DNA of 64,000 nucleotides from an uncultured Gammaproteobacteria bacterium (GTDB lineage: Bacteria > Pseudomonadota > Gammaproteobacteria > Steroidobacterales > Steroidobacteraceae), in NCBI GenBank assembly GCA_963728295.1, contig CAVSKB010000004.1, forward strand, positions 18,963 to 82,962. The letters are read 5' to 3'. This document shows positions 23,894 through 36,322 of the stretch, one piece after another. How positions within the stretch are numbered: the stretch's first letter is position 1; each line of letters begins with the position of its first letter. The translations under genes and the position numbers were made by a program. The notes under the pieces were generated by a model that did not search any database, was not told the DNA's origin, and saw nothing but the letters and a program-made list of their open reading frames with translations.

Positions 23894-25930
23894 TCAGGGA
23901 GCGGCGGCGGCGCTCACACCGCTGCCCAGCTCCAGCTCCCGGCGATAGGCCTCGACCGACCAGTCGCGGCCCAGGAAATTCCGCGCCAGCGTGTTCATCG
24001 ACTCCGAGCCACCCGGCGCCAGTATCTGCTCGCGGTAGCGTCGTGCGGTGGCCTGGTCGCGCAGGCCGGCGGTGCGGAACTGACCCAGAAGGTCGCTCGC
24101 AAGCGCCTTCGACCACTGATAGGTGTAGTAGGCGGCACCATAGCCGCCGAGGTGGCCGAACGACGCCTGCGCATGCGCGCCCTCCGGCTCCGGTGCAAGG
24201 GCATAGCGGTTGTACGCGGCGTCATACGCACGAGTGAGATCCTTGCCGCGCAGGTCGGTGGAGTAGTAGTCGAGCGCAACCGCGGAGAGCCCGAGCTGAC
24301 TCATGACGCCAAATGCCTCGGCGAAACGCCGGCCGGCATTCATCCTTTCGACAAGCTGCGCCGGTATGGCTTCACCCGCTTCGTTGGTGGCGAATCCCTT
24401 GAGCGTCGCGTAGTCCCACACCCATTCTTCGAGCAGCTGCGACGGCGCCTCGATCACGTCGTTCTCGATTTCCGAGAAATTCTGTATCGCGAACGACCTC
24501 TGACCAGCGAACAGCCAGTGAACCAGGTGGCCGAACTCGTGCAGGAAAACGACGACGTCGCTGTGTTCCATCAGGCCGTCGGGGAAGTTGCACTCCAGGA
24601 TCGCCACGGGTGTGACCCGGCCCTGAATGCCAATACGTACCGGGGACATCTGCGCGTGGGTGAACTTGCCGTCGCGTGGATGCATGTCGAGGTAGAAGCG
24701 GCCGATCACCTGGCCGCGTTCCACCATCTCGAGCGTCTTGACGTCGGAATGCCAGACGGGCGTCTGCCACGGGCGGATCTCGACCTGGAACAGGTCCTGG
24801 ATCAGCCCGAGGATTCCTGCCTCGACCTTGTCGTAGCGCAGGTACTGACGAATGACTTGTGGATCCACCGCATAGTCCTCCTTGCGTATGAGTGCGGCGG
24901 CGTACGAGGTACTCCAGGCGCCAAGGGTCGAAACGGAAGGATCGTCTTTTCGCAGACGAGCCAGCATTCGAGCAGCGTCTGCGGTGGCGGTGGGACGTGC
25001 TGCGGCGGCAATGTCATCCAGAAATGCCTGGGCGCGCGCCGGTGACTTCGCCATGCGGTTGGCAAGATCGTACGCGGCGTAGTCCTTGTAGCCGAGCAGG
25101 GTCGCGAGCTCGGCACGCTGGGCTAACAGCTTGCCGAGCACCGCATCGTTCGCCGGGTAGGCGCGGCTTTCGAAGGACGCCCGCAGCCGCTTCCTCAGGT
25201 CGGTGCTCCTGGCATAGCGGAAGACGGGGAACACGTCCGGATAGGCCATGGTGAGGCGCACCTGGCCGTCTGCCTGCGCCGGGTGTGCCGCGATGTAATC
25301 CTGCGGCAGTCCGGCCAGTTCCTCCGGGCGCGCGTTGACGGTGCGTTTGTCGTCGGCGATGTTGCGCTCGAACTCGAGCGTGGTTGCCGTGATGGCGTCC
25401 TGGAGCTCCGCGATGCGCTTGCGAGTGGCATCGTCGCGGTCGACGCCTGAGCGCCGGTAATTGTCGAGCTGGCGCTGGACGGTGTATCGCAGCTCGGGTG
25501 CGACACCCTTTGCATCAACCGTCTTCAGACGCTCGTAGACCGGGCGCGACATCGAAAAGGCAGTGGCCGCGGCCACGGCGCGCTGCACACAGTCCTCCGC
25601 CGCCTTGCGGACCGCGGCATCGGGGTGCGTGTCCTTGAGGACCGATGGCTCCGTGTAAGCCGTGGTGAGGACGAGGTTGTAGACGTCATCGTAGGCGGCG
25701 AGCAGCGTCGCCGGGTCGGTGGTTACCGGCATCGCCTCCAGGTTCGCCTGTTGCGCCTTTATGGCCGCGAGCCGGGTGTCGCACAGTGTCGTTACTTCGG
25801 CAGGGCCCTTCGGGGTCAGGCTGATCGGGCCGATCACGGCATCCGACGCCGGCTTGTGCGGAGCCGCCTGTGCAACGCCTGCCGTCGTCATCAGCAGCAC
25901 GGATGCCAACACTTCCGTCAACTTCCGCAT
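23894..25930 (-). CDS. M3-family zinc metallopeptidase (oligopeptidase / dipeptidyl carboxypeptidase type), secreted
   Basis: HEFGH zinc motif (FLHEFGHLVH) and a downstream E ligand region (IEAPSQLLEEW). The signal peptide MRKLTEVLASVLLMTTAGVAQA begins at 25930; the ORF opens at 25957. Confidence 0.88.
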   Translation of the reverse strand: MRKLTEVLASVLLMTTAGVAQAAPHKPASDAVIGPISLTPKGPAEVTTLCDTRLAAIKAQQANLEAMPVTTDPATLLAAYDDVYNLVLTTAYTEPSVLKDTHPDAAVRKAAEDCVQRAVAAATAFSMSRPVYERLKTVDAKGVAPELRYTVQRQLDNYRRSGVDRDDATRKRIAELQDAITATTLEFERNIADDKRTVNARPEELAGLPQDYIAAHPAQADGQVRLTMAYPDVFPVFRYARSTDLRKRLRASFESRAYPANDAVLGKLLAQRAELATLLGYKDYAAYDLANRMAKSPARAQAFLDDIAAAARPTATADAARMLARLRKDDPSVSTLGAWSTSYAAALIRKEDYAVDPQVIRQYLRYDKVEAGILGLIQDLFQVEIRPWQTPVWHSDVKTLEMVERGQVIGRFYLDMHPRDGKFTHAQMSPVRIGIQGRVTPVAILECNFPDGLMEHSDVVVFLHEFGHLVHWLFAGQRSFAIQNFSEIENDVIEAPSQLLEEWVWDYATLKGFATNEAGEAIPAQLVERMNAGRRFAEAFGVMSQLGLSAVALDYYSTDLRGKDLTRAYDAAYNRYALAPEPEGAHAQASFGHLGGYGAAYYTYQWSKALASDLLGQFRTAGLRDQATARRYREQILAPGGSESMNTLARNFLGRDWSVEAYRRELELGSGVSAAAAP

Positions 25931-25967
25931 GATCGATCCCCCGGAGTCGCCGCTCAAATGGCCAGCA

Positions 25968-27272
25968 TCACTTCAAGGCGTACAGGTTTCCATCCGTGCT
26001 GCCGACATATACCACGCCCTTGTCGACCGCCGGCGAACCCATGATCGCCCCGACGGAAATGAACCGGTAGAAATCGACGTACATATCCTGGAAGTCGCCG
26101 AAGGTGGGAGTCATCGCTTCGCTATTCAGGCTCCCGTCGGCATTCAGGATCTTCATCGGATCGCGCTTCGCGCCCTCGGTCTCGAACTGCCAGGCGAGCT
26201 GACCGCTCTTGGCGTTCACTGCGTAGAGACGGCCGTTGTGACTGCCGAAGTAGGCAAGATCCCCGGCGAGCGCCGCCGAAGAGAAGATATATGCCCCGGC
26301 GGTGTACGTGAACTTGAGCCGCCCGGTGCGCGCGTCGAGGGCCATGAAGCGCGAGGTGTCCGAGGTGCCGACGTACACCGTGCCGTCGCGCACCGCAGGC
26401 GTGCCATTCACCCAGGACTTGGATGTCGGGTAATCCCATTTCTTGCGCCCGGTGGCGGCGTCGAGCGCATAGACATGGGCATCCCGGCAGCCGACGTAGA
26501 CCGTCCCGTCGACCACCGCGGGTGACGACTGGAAGCCGACCTGGTTGTGGTAGCTCGGATCCTGCCCGGCCTCGAACGCCCACTTCTGCACGACCGCTCT
26601 CCGCGTCGATGGCGTAGAGCCGGCTGTCCCAGCTGCCGATGTACACGGTGTTGCCGGCTACGGCGGGTGAGGCATGTACGACGTCGCCGGTCGCGAACTT
26701 CCAGGCGAGCACGCCGCTTTTCGCGTCGACCGCGTACACGTTGCCGTCGCCGCTGCCGAAGTAACACCTTGCCATGCACGACCGCGGGCGACGACGTGAA
26801 TACGTCCCACGCGTCGGGAATCGTCTGCTTCGGATAGGGATAGCCGTGCAGACCCTGCGCCTCGAACCGGCGCTCGTGCTCGATCGCGTAGACCCACTTC
26901 GGCTGACCCGTCGCGGCGTCGATCGCCGCCAGCGATCCGGCCGAGGAGACGAAGTACACCGTGCCTTCATCCACCGTGGGCGACGAGGCGATCGGCCGGC
27001 TCGACTTGAAGTTCCATTTTTCCTGTCCCGTTCCCTGGTCGAGCGCATACAGGTGCCCGCTCATGCTCGCGATGTAGACGACGCCCGCCCGCGATCGCGG
27101 GCGAGGTGACTATCGGCCCGGCGGCTTTGAAGGTCCATTTCACGGCCGGCGCCTGCGCAGGGCCGCCGCCCTCATAGACGCCGGTGCGCGCGACGTTGCC
27201 GTGGAAGGTGCCCTGCGCGGCAGCGGTCGACGAGACGACCATCAGGGCGACGAGCGCGGTGGAAAATTTCAT
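25968..27272 (-). CDS. Secreted PQQ-like / BamB-like beta-propeller repeat protein; three frame breaks (about 27087, 26763, 26591) as written
   Basis: Signal peptide MKFSTALVALMVVSSTAAAQG starts at 27272. Repeated blades (VYIASMSGHLYALD, VYFVSSAGSLAAID, YFGSGDGNVYAVD, VYIGSWDSRLYAID, VYVGCRDAHVYALD, YFGSHNGRLYAVN, VYVGSTDGNLYAL) are spread over four ORF-track fragments in frames shifting by one base each. Confidence 0.78.
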
Positions 27273-27406
27273 CGGCAGCCCCCGTGTGGTTCTTGGTGTC
27301 GCGGTGACGCACACGATAGCGGCGAAGCGCCGCAGCGCGCCCCGTCGGACACGCGCTTCGTCGCCGCGTTGGCACGGACGGACGCAGGCGCACGCTGCTG
27401 CTGGCT

Positions 27407-29877
27407 TCAGTCCCCGCTGGATTCGGGGCGGTTCGCGGGACCGCGGGCCAGGCTGTCGGGAACGCTTCGGATGCGCACGTCCTGCTGCGGGAGCGGAATC
27501 TCGATACCCGCCTGCTTCAGCGCCTCGTGTACCCGCACGGCGAGGTCGCTGCGGACGGCGCCGGCGATTGCGAGGTCAGCGGTCCAGGCACGGATGCCAA
27601 AATCGAGCGAGTTCGGGCCGAACCTCAGGAGCATGATCTCGGGCACGGGTATCGGGACGATGCCCGGCGTCGCGAGCGAGACCGGTTTCAGGAGCTCGAG
27701 GACCTGCCTCGGGTCGGTGCCATAGGCGACGCCGACGTCGACGTCGACACGCCGGCTGGTGTCGCGCAGCGTCCAGTTGATGAGCTTCTCGGAGAGCAGC
27801 GTGCCGTTCGGCACGATGACGTCGGCCCCTTCGGCCGTCGTGAGCGTAGTCGCGCGCATGCCGATCTCGCTCACCTTGCCGCTCGTGCCCGTGATCTCGA
27901 CGACGTCGCCGGGCTGGATCGGCCGTTCGAACATGAGGATCAGGCCCGAGACGAAGTTGTTGACCACGTTCTGCAGACCGAAACCGATGCCGACGCCCAG
28001 CGCGCCGACGACGATCGCGAGCTGGCCCACTTCGAAGCCGGCGGCGGCAAGCGCGACCATGAGCCCGATGACGACCAGCGCGTAATAGGTCAGCGTAGCG
28101 ACGCTGTTCGCCACGCCGCGCGGCAGGGGCATTCGTCCGAGTATCTCGTCGCGCAGGACGGCGCGCATCGTCCGCGCGATCCAGAAGGCGACGTAGACCG
28201 CGGTCAGAAACAGCAGCACGCTGCCCAGCGTGACCGAGATCTCTCCGATGCCGAGCCGATAGCCGAGCACGCGACGCGCCCAGTCCAGAATCGGCCTGAG
28301 GACGCGGAACTCCTTGAGCGTCACCAGAATCCACACGACAAGCGCCGCATAACGGATGATTCGCGCCAGGCTTTCGAGCAGCGGCCCGGCCCGCTGGGTG
28401 ACGCCATGCGGGGGCTGCGACGCCGCGACGCACGCGGAGGTTCCGGGCAATCGACCCCAGCACGGTTGCGCCCGCATAGAGCACCAGGCCGAGATAGGCG
28501 CTGTTGAGCGTGCCGCGGGTCAGCAGTTCCGCGAGCGTCACGTTGCCGAAGACGTTTGCCACGACGGACGCCGCGAGCCCCACGATACCGACAAACCCGA
28601 CGGCCCGGGCCGCGCGCTCGAGGGCCGTGGCCTGGGCGGCGGGCCGGCGGCGCCGTGCTTGCAGCACGATCCAGACCAGCGCGGCGAGCGCGAGCAAAGT
28701 CACGGCCAGCAGGTGCACCCGGTGCCACAACGGCTGCGCGACGAACAGTACGCCGAGCCGTTGCAGCACGTAGAGACCGGTCGCCGCATACGGCCACGGG
28801 CCGAGCACTTCGAAGATCTCCCTGGGCAGCAGGCGCAGCACCGGGATGACGGCGATGAGCAGCGCCACTTCGTGCAGCAGGATCGGCGAATCTGCGCTGG
28901 AAGAAGAGCGTCGCGACCAGCACCAGCACCAGCCAGGCAGACACCGGACGCATCATCGCCTGCGTCGAGTCCCGCAAATCCGGGTGCTGCGCGACGAGCC
29001 GACGGGATCGCTGCCGCAACCACAGGAGCGCCGGGAGCAGCAGCACGGCGAAGACCGCATGCACCAGCAGACTGTCGCGGCTCGCGGCGAGGTAACGCCG
29101 CAGAAAGTCGCGTTCCAGTTCGATAGCGCTGGCTGCGGCGGAAAGGGCGTCCGCGGAGAACCGCGGGTCACTCCAGGCGACCCACAATGGCGCACTGTCC
29201 CGCACCGCCAGCCGGAAATCGAAGCTCGTCGATGCGGCGTCGACGGCCCGCAGCCCGGCCGCGATCGAGTCTGCCACCGCATTGCCGCGGCGACTGAACT
29301 CGAGTTGCCGGGCCAATGGCCCGGCGAGCGCGCGGTCCGCCGCCTCGATCCGTGCCAGGACCTCGTTCACTCGTTCCAGCAGCGCTGGCGATATCGCAGC
29401 GGACTGCGCCTGCTTGCGTGTTGCTACCCAGGTGACGCGCCGCTGCGCGAGCTGCGCAGCATCGGCCGAGTCACGGTCGAGCTGGCGCTGCGCTTCGCGC
29501 TGCCAGGCCGCCAATTGACGGCCGTAGAATTGCCAGTTCCGTTGCAGGCTTTCGAGCCGTATCACGGGCATGCGCGTGAGATCCGCCTTTCGCATGCGTC
29601 GGCCGAGTGTCGTCACGCCCGCAGCCAGTGCGTCGATCTGCGGTCCGAGCTCTTCGGTCGGATCGGGTTCTTTGACACGCTGCAACACGTCCTCGGCAAA
29701 CTGCTCATCCGCGTCGGCGCGCGCGGGTATGTCACGCGCGGCCAACGGTGCGTCGGCGGTCGGTGACTCACCGGTGACCGACGAGAGAATCTGCTTGGGG
29801 TCGAGTGCCGCCGCGCCCGTGGAGGTCAGGCCCAGGGCCACGGGAAGGATCCACAACCACCGGTGCATGAGCGGCAT
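27407..29877 (-). CDS. Large MscS-family (MscK-like) mechanosensitive channel with a periplasmic N-domain; two frame breaks (about 28885 and 28400-28450) as written
   Basis: Signal peptide MPLMHRWLWILPVALGL starts at 29877 (ORF 28321..30228). The TM bundle is in ORF 27576..28868. The MscS core GFGLQNVVNNFVSGLILMFERPIQPGDVVEI...EIGMRATTL is in ORF 27407..28477. The span is 3n+2. Confidence 0.85.
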
Positions 29878-30031
29878 GGCAAACCTGTCGATCGTCGGGT
29901 AACCGCCGGATTGTCGCATCCTTGCGCGAGCCGTCGCACGCGCCAGGGTCGAACCTACGGTCCGATCTGGCAGAATGCGCGCTCGCTCGGGCTCACACGG
30001 ACTGCCCGGTGCGGAGTCGGATGCATCCCGT

Positions 30032-30650
30032 ATGCGCGAATTCGTCAAATCGTTTCTCGACTGGTACCTGGCTGCGCTCGACGCCGGCGGATATCCGCTG
30101 ATCGCATTCCTGATGGCGCTCGAGAGTTCGATCGTGCCGTTGCCGAGCGAGGTCGTGATCCCGCCGGCCGCGTACGTGGCGCACACGCGCGGCACGATGT
30201 CGCTCGCCGGCATCGTCGTCGCGGGCACCGTCGGCTCGTGGCTCGGCGCGACCGCGATGTACTGGGCCGCGCGGCTGCTCGGCCGGCCGTTGCTGATGCG
30301 TTACGGGCGCTACGTGATGGTCACACCGGAGAAGATCGAGCAGGCGGAGATCTGGTCGGCGCGCTTCGGCGCCATGGGAATCTTCATCTCGCGGCTGCTG
30401 CCCGTGATCCGCCATCTGATCGGAATCCCGGCGGGCATCGTGCGCATGGACTATCTGAAGTTCTCCGCCGCCACCGTCGTCGGATCGGCGCTCTGGTGCT
30501 GCGGTGCTGGCGTGGGTCGGCGTGACTGCGGGTCAGGATCAGGAACTGCTGGCCGGCAGCCTGCATCGCATCTCGGTCTGGGTCGGCGGGCTGATGCTGT
30601 TCATCGGGGCGCTCTACTACTTCTTCGTTCACCGCTACATGCGGCGGTGA
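30032..30650 (+). CDS. DedA-family membrane protein; frame broken at about 30503 as written
   Basis: MREFVKSFLDWYL..., LESSIVPLPSEVVIPPAAY and RLLPVIRHLIGIPAG are in ORF 29975..30745, up to SALWC. VLAWVGVTAGQDQELL...FFVHRYMRR and TGA at 30648-30650 follow in the next frame. The span is 3n+1. Confidence 0.82.
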
Positions 30651-30671
30651 GCCGCCCCGCGCGGTCCGTTC

Positions 30672-32121
30672 ATGAGCACCGAAACCCTGGTGGCCGCACA
30701 GGCGGCCGTGGCACCGACTGCGCTTCCCGCGCAGCGCATCGATGAGCAGGGGCGGCTGCGCGTCGACTACAGGGCGATCGCGCATGCTCGCGCTGCCGCT
30801 TGATGCTGAACAGCGGTCTGCAGGCGATCGTCAGTCTCACCGATACCTGGTTCGTGGGCCACATCTCGACCTCGGCCATCGCGGCGATGGGCGCGGTGTA
30901 CTGGGTCGTGCTGCTGTTCCTGGTGCTTATCGGCGGCGTCGGGTTCGCCGTGCAGACCTTCGTCGCGCAGGCGGAAGGCAGCCGGCGCCGCTCGCGCGCC
31001 TCGCACGCCACGTGGATCGCGCTCTGGGCGGGTGCGCTGAGCCTGCCGATTTACGCAACGCTCGCCTGGGCGGGCGGCGCGATGTTCCGTGCCTTCGGCC
31101 TCGATCCGGACGTCGAGCAGCAGGCGATCGCGTTCTGGCAGCCGCGCATGCTGGGTGGGCCGCTCGGGATTGCGGTCTGGGCATTGCTCGGATTCTTCAA
31201 CGGCATCTCGAGGCCGCGCGTGTCGGTGATGACAACGGGCCTGATCGCGATCACCAACGCGCTCCTCAACTGGCTGTTCGTCATCGAGCTCGATCTGGGC
31301 ATCGCGGGATCGGCATGGGCGACCAATACGAGCATGGCGTGCGGGATGCTGTTCGCGCTCTGGATGTTCCTGCGGCCGGATCTGCGCCGCCTGTACCGAA
31401 CGCACCTCACCTGGCGTCCCGACGTGCGCAACCTGATACGGCAGTTCCGGCTTGGCCTGCCGATGGGTGCGATGGCCGCTGCCGATCTGTTCGGCCTGTC
31501 GCTTTTTCAGCTCATGCAGGTGCGGCTGAGCCAGGTCGAGGGCGCCGCGTCGCAGATCATCCTGATGCTGACCTCGGTTGCATACATGCCCGGTATCGGA
31601 ATCGCGCTCGCAAGCACGACACTCGTCGGGCAGTCGATCGGCGCCGGCGACCGCGTCTGGGCGCGCGCGCTCGGCAATCGCATGATCGTGCTCAACGTCG
31701 GGTTCATGGGCGCGATCGGCGTCCTGCTCGCGCGCTGCGGGCCCGTTGATCCTGCCGTCCTTCGTCAATGCCGAGGATCCGTCATCCGCGGCAATCATCA
31801 GTCTGTCGGCCTGGCTGCTGTGGGTCGCCGCTGCCTACCAGGCCTTCGACGGTCTCAATCTCGGCAGCGCCTTCGGCCTGCGGGGCGCCGGCGACGCGCG
31901 ATTCCCGGCGCTCGTGTTCCTCGTACTGTCCTGGGGCGTGTTCGTGCCGCTGGCGCACTCTTTGTCGTTTGCACCCGGGGCAGGGCTGGGTCGACGTGCT
32001 CCCGCAGTTCGGTCTCGGTGCGACGGGCGGATGGATCGCGATGGTCGTCTACGTGGTCCTGCTCGGCAGCGTGTTGTTCCTCCGCTGGCGCTCGCGCGCA
32101 TGGGAGCGGATCCGGATCTGA
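30672..32121 (+). CDS. MATE-family efflux transporter; four frame breaks (two near 30775-30800, then about 31742 and 31978) as written
   Basis: [10 protein letters not shown]...RVDYRAIA, then RMLALPL, then [22 protein letters not shown]... (ORF 30800..32509 up to LLARCGP). [10 protein letters not shown]...AHSLSFAPG follows (ORF 31746..32297), then [38 protein letters not shown] (ORF 31768..32121). The start coordinate is good to about 1 nt. Confidence 0.78.
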
Positions 32122-32199
32122 CCTCGCAGGCAACGCGGGCGGCCGGCGCCGCCCGTCACGTCGAGCGCCGGGGAGCAACTCTGTCGCGGCTGCCGGGAG

Positions 32200-34613
<2,414 letters not shown>

Positions 34614-34632
34614 GTGCGCACCTTCTGCGAAC

Positions 34633-35034
34633 TCAGCGCCGGGTCAGCAGCAACCGGAGACAGCCGTGCGCGAAATCCTGCACGGTCATCGCCCAGGAAC
34701 CGGGTGGCAGGGCGAGCCGCCGCTCGAAGAGCCCGTACGGGATCTCGAGCCGGCGGATCGTTGCGCCGTGGCGGCGATGTGGGAGCCGCCTCTCCGCCTG
34801 GACGACCAGCTGCTCGCCGGCGAGCTCGATCTGCAGCCGCTCGGGCGTCACGCCCGGCAATGCCATCTCGATCAAAAGTTCTCCTTCGCCTTCGTAGATA
34901 TCGACCGGCGGTTCCCACCGGGGTTGCCCGGCCTGACCGGCGAGTTGAAAGCACTGGCGCTGCAGCCGGTCCGCCTCTTCGAGGAGGTGTACCGCTTCAG
35001 CCCACATCCAGTGGCCGGTGTCGCGTCGTTTCAT
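34633..35034 (-). CDS. Hsp20/alpha-crystallin family small heat-shock protein
   Basis: 133-aa ORF with alpha-crystallin core PPVDIYEGEGELLIEMALPGV...LVVQAER...IPYGLFERRLALP, 19 nt upstream of lon. Confidence 0.82.
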   Translation of the reverse strand: MKRRDTGHWMWAEAVHLLEEADRLQRQCFQLAGQAGQPRWEPPVDIYEGEGELLIEMALPGVTPERLQIELAGEQLVVQAERRLPHRRHGATIRRLEIPYGLFERRLALPPGSWAMTVQDFAHGCLRLLLTRR

Positions 35035-35165
35035 GGGCGGGTTCCGTCAGGTACGGCAGTGGGTGGAGTTTGGGGCACACGGGGCTCGTCTCAACCCCGG
35101 GCTAACAAGGGCAAAGCGCCAGATTACTCTCCGCGAGCCCGGCGACGAATGCATCATCGAGACCG

Positions 35166-35193
35166 ATATCGGGGAGGAGTCGTGAAAATCAAG
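35166..35193 (-). promoter_or_regulatory. Candidate sigma32 (RpoH)-type heat-shock promoter for hsp20-lon
   Basis: The minus strand reads CTTGAT, 13 nt, then CCCCGATAT, against the E. coli consensus CTTGAA-N13-15-CCCCATnT. It lies in the most AT-rich patch of the window, about 130 nt upstream of the hsp20 start. Confidence 0.3.
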
Positions 35194-35252
35194 AATAACC
35201 ATAGAATTATGCTGCCACGCATCGAGCAACACCGACCTCTGAGCATCCAGAT

Positions 35253-35915
35253 ATGACAATCGATGCCCCGACTGCTCGCTTCGGCAAGCAGTTCTATGAT
35301 CGCTACTACCGGAATCGGAGGACCCGCGTGGTGACGCGGGCCGAGATGACACGCCGCGCCGAATTCATCGCCGCTTTCGTCCGACACCGCGAGCTGCCGG
35401 TCAGGCGGATCCTCGACGCAGGCTGCGGTCTGGGCTTGATGCGCGCGCCGCTGCTGCGCAGCCTTCCCGGCGCCCGCTACACGGGGCTCGAGGCCAGCCA
35501 GTATCTCTGCGAGCGATACGGTTGGGAGCAGGGCTCGCTTGCAACCTGGACGCACTCCCGCCCCTTCGACCTCGTGGTTTGCTACGACGTCCTGCAGTAC
35601 CTCGACACCCGCGACGCGGCCGCGGCGATCCGCCGGCTCGGACGGCTCTGCGGCGGCGTGCTGCACTTCGGGGCTCTGACTCTCGAGGACTGGCGGGAGT
35701 ATTGCGACCGTCGGCTCACCGATCGCGCAGTTCATCTGCGATCCGCGGACTGGTATCTCTCGCGCCTGCGCAGGGCCTTCGTGAACGCGGGGTCGGGGAT
35801 GTTCGTCCGGCGGGGTGCCGCACTGCATCTTTGGGCGCTCGAGCGCCTGCGCCCACCGCGGATCCGCCGGGGCCGGGCCGACAGCGCCGGCGACGCCGCT
35901 GTCCGGCTCGCGTAA
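35253..35915 (+). CDS. Class I SAM-dependent methyltransferase
   Basis: 220-aa ORF with motif I ILDAGCGLGL and post-I DLVVCYDVLQYL. Confidence 0.75.
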   Translation: MTIDAPTARFGKQFYDRYYRNRRTRVVTRAEMTRRAEFIAAFVRHRELPVRRILDAGCGLGLMRAPLLRSLPGARYTGLEASQYLCERYGWEQGSLATWTHSRPFDLVVCYDVLQYLDTRDAAAAIRRLGRLCGGVLHFGALTLEDWREYCDRRLTDRAVHLRSADWYLSRLRRAFVNAGSGMFVRRGAALHLWALERLRPPRIRRGRADSAGDAAVRLA

Positions 35916-35986
35916 CCGCTCCTCCGCCCGGTCCGCCGTCGGGGGCGGTACAATTCGCCCCTTTCAAGCTGGTCCGGTTCCCCTCC

Positions 35987-36286
35987 ATGCACGGTTCCTG
36001 GCAGCGGTGGTCACTCGCCGCATCCCTTTTGCTAATACTCACAGCCTGCCATTCGACGCCCAAGTGCGTGCGCGACGACGAGTACCTGCAGGCCATCGAC
36101 CGGCACCGCCTCGATCTGCCGGCAAACGTCACCGCGAGCGAGCGGATGGCACCGCTGGTGATCCCGCCGGCTGCCCCGGATGCCGAGCAGCTCGACCCGG
36201 CACCTGACTGCCTGGACGAGCCACCGCCGTATTTCAGCGGTCGCCGGGCGCCGCTGCCCGCGGCGCCTGCGCCGGATAGCGGCTGA
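35987..36286 (+). CDS. Small lipoprotein of unknown function
   Basis: ATG at 35987, in frame inside ORF 35522..36286. The lipobox is LLLILTAC. It is 99 aa with a Pro/Ala-rich C-terminus. Confidence 0.45.
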   Translation: MHGSWQRWSLAASLLLILTACHSTPKCVRDDEYLQAIDRHRLDLPANVTASERMAPLVIPPAAPDAEQLDPAPDCLDEPPPYFSGRRAPLPAAPAPDSG

Positions 36287-36322
36287 GCCCGGGTCCTGGC
36301 CGAGGACGCGCGGCGCAATGAA

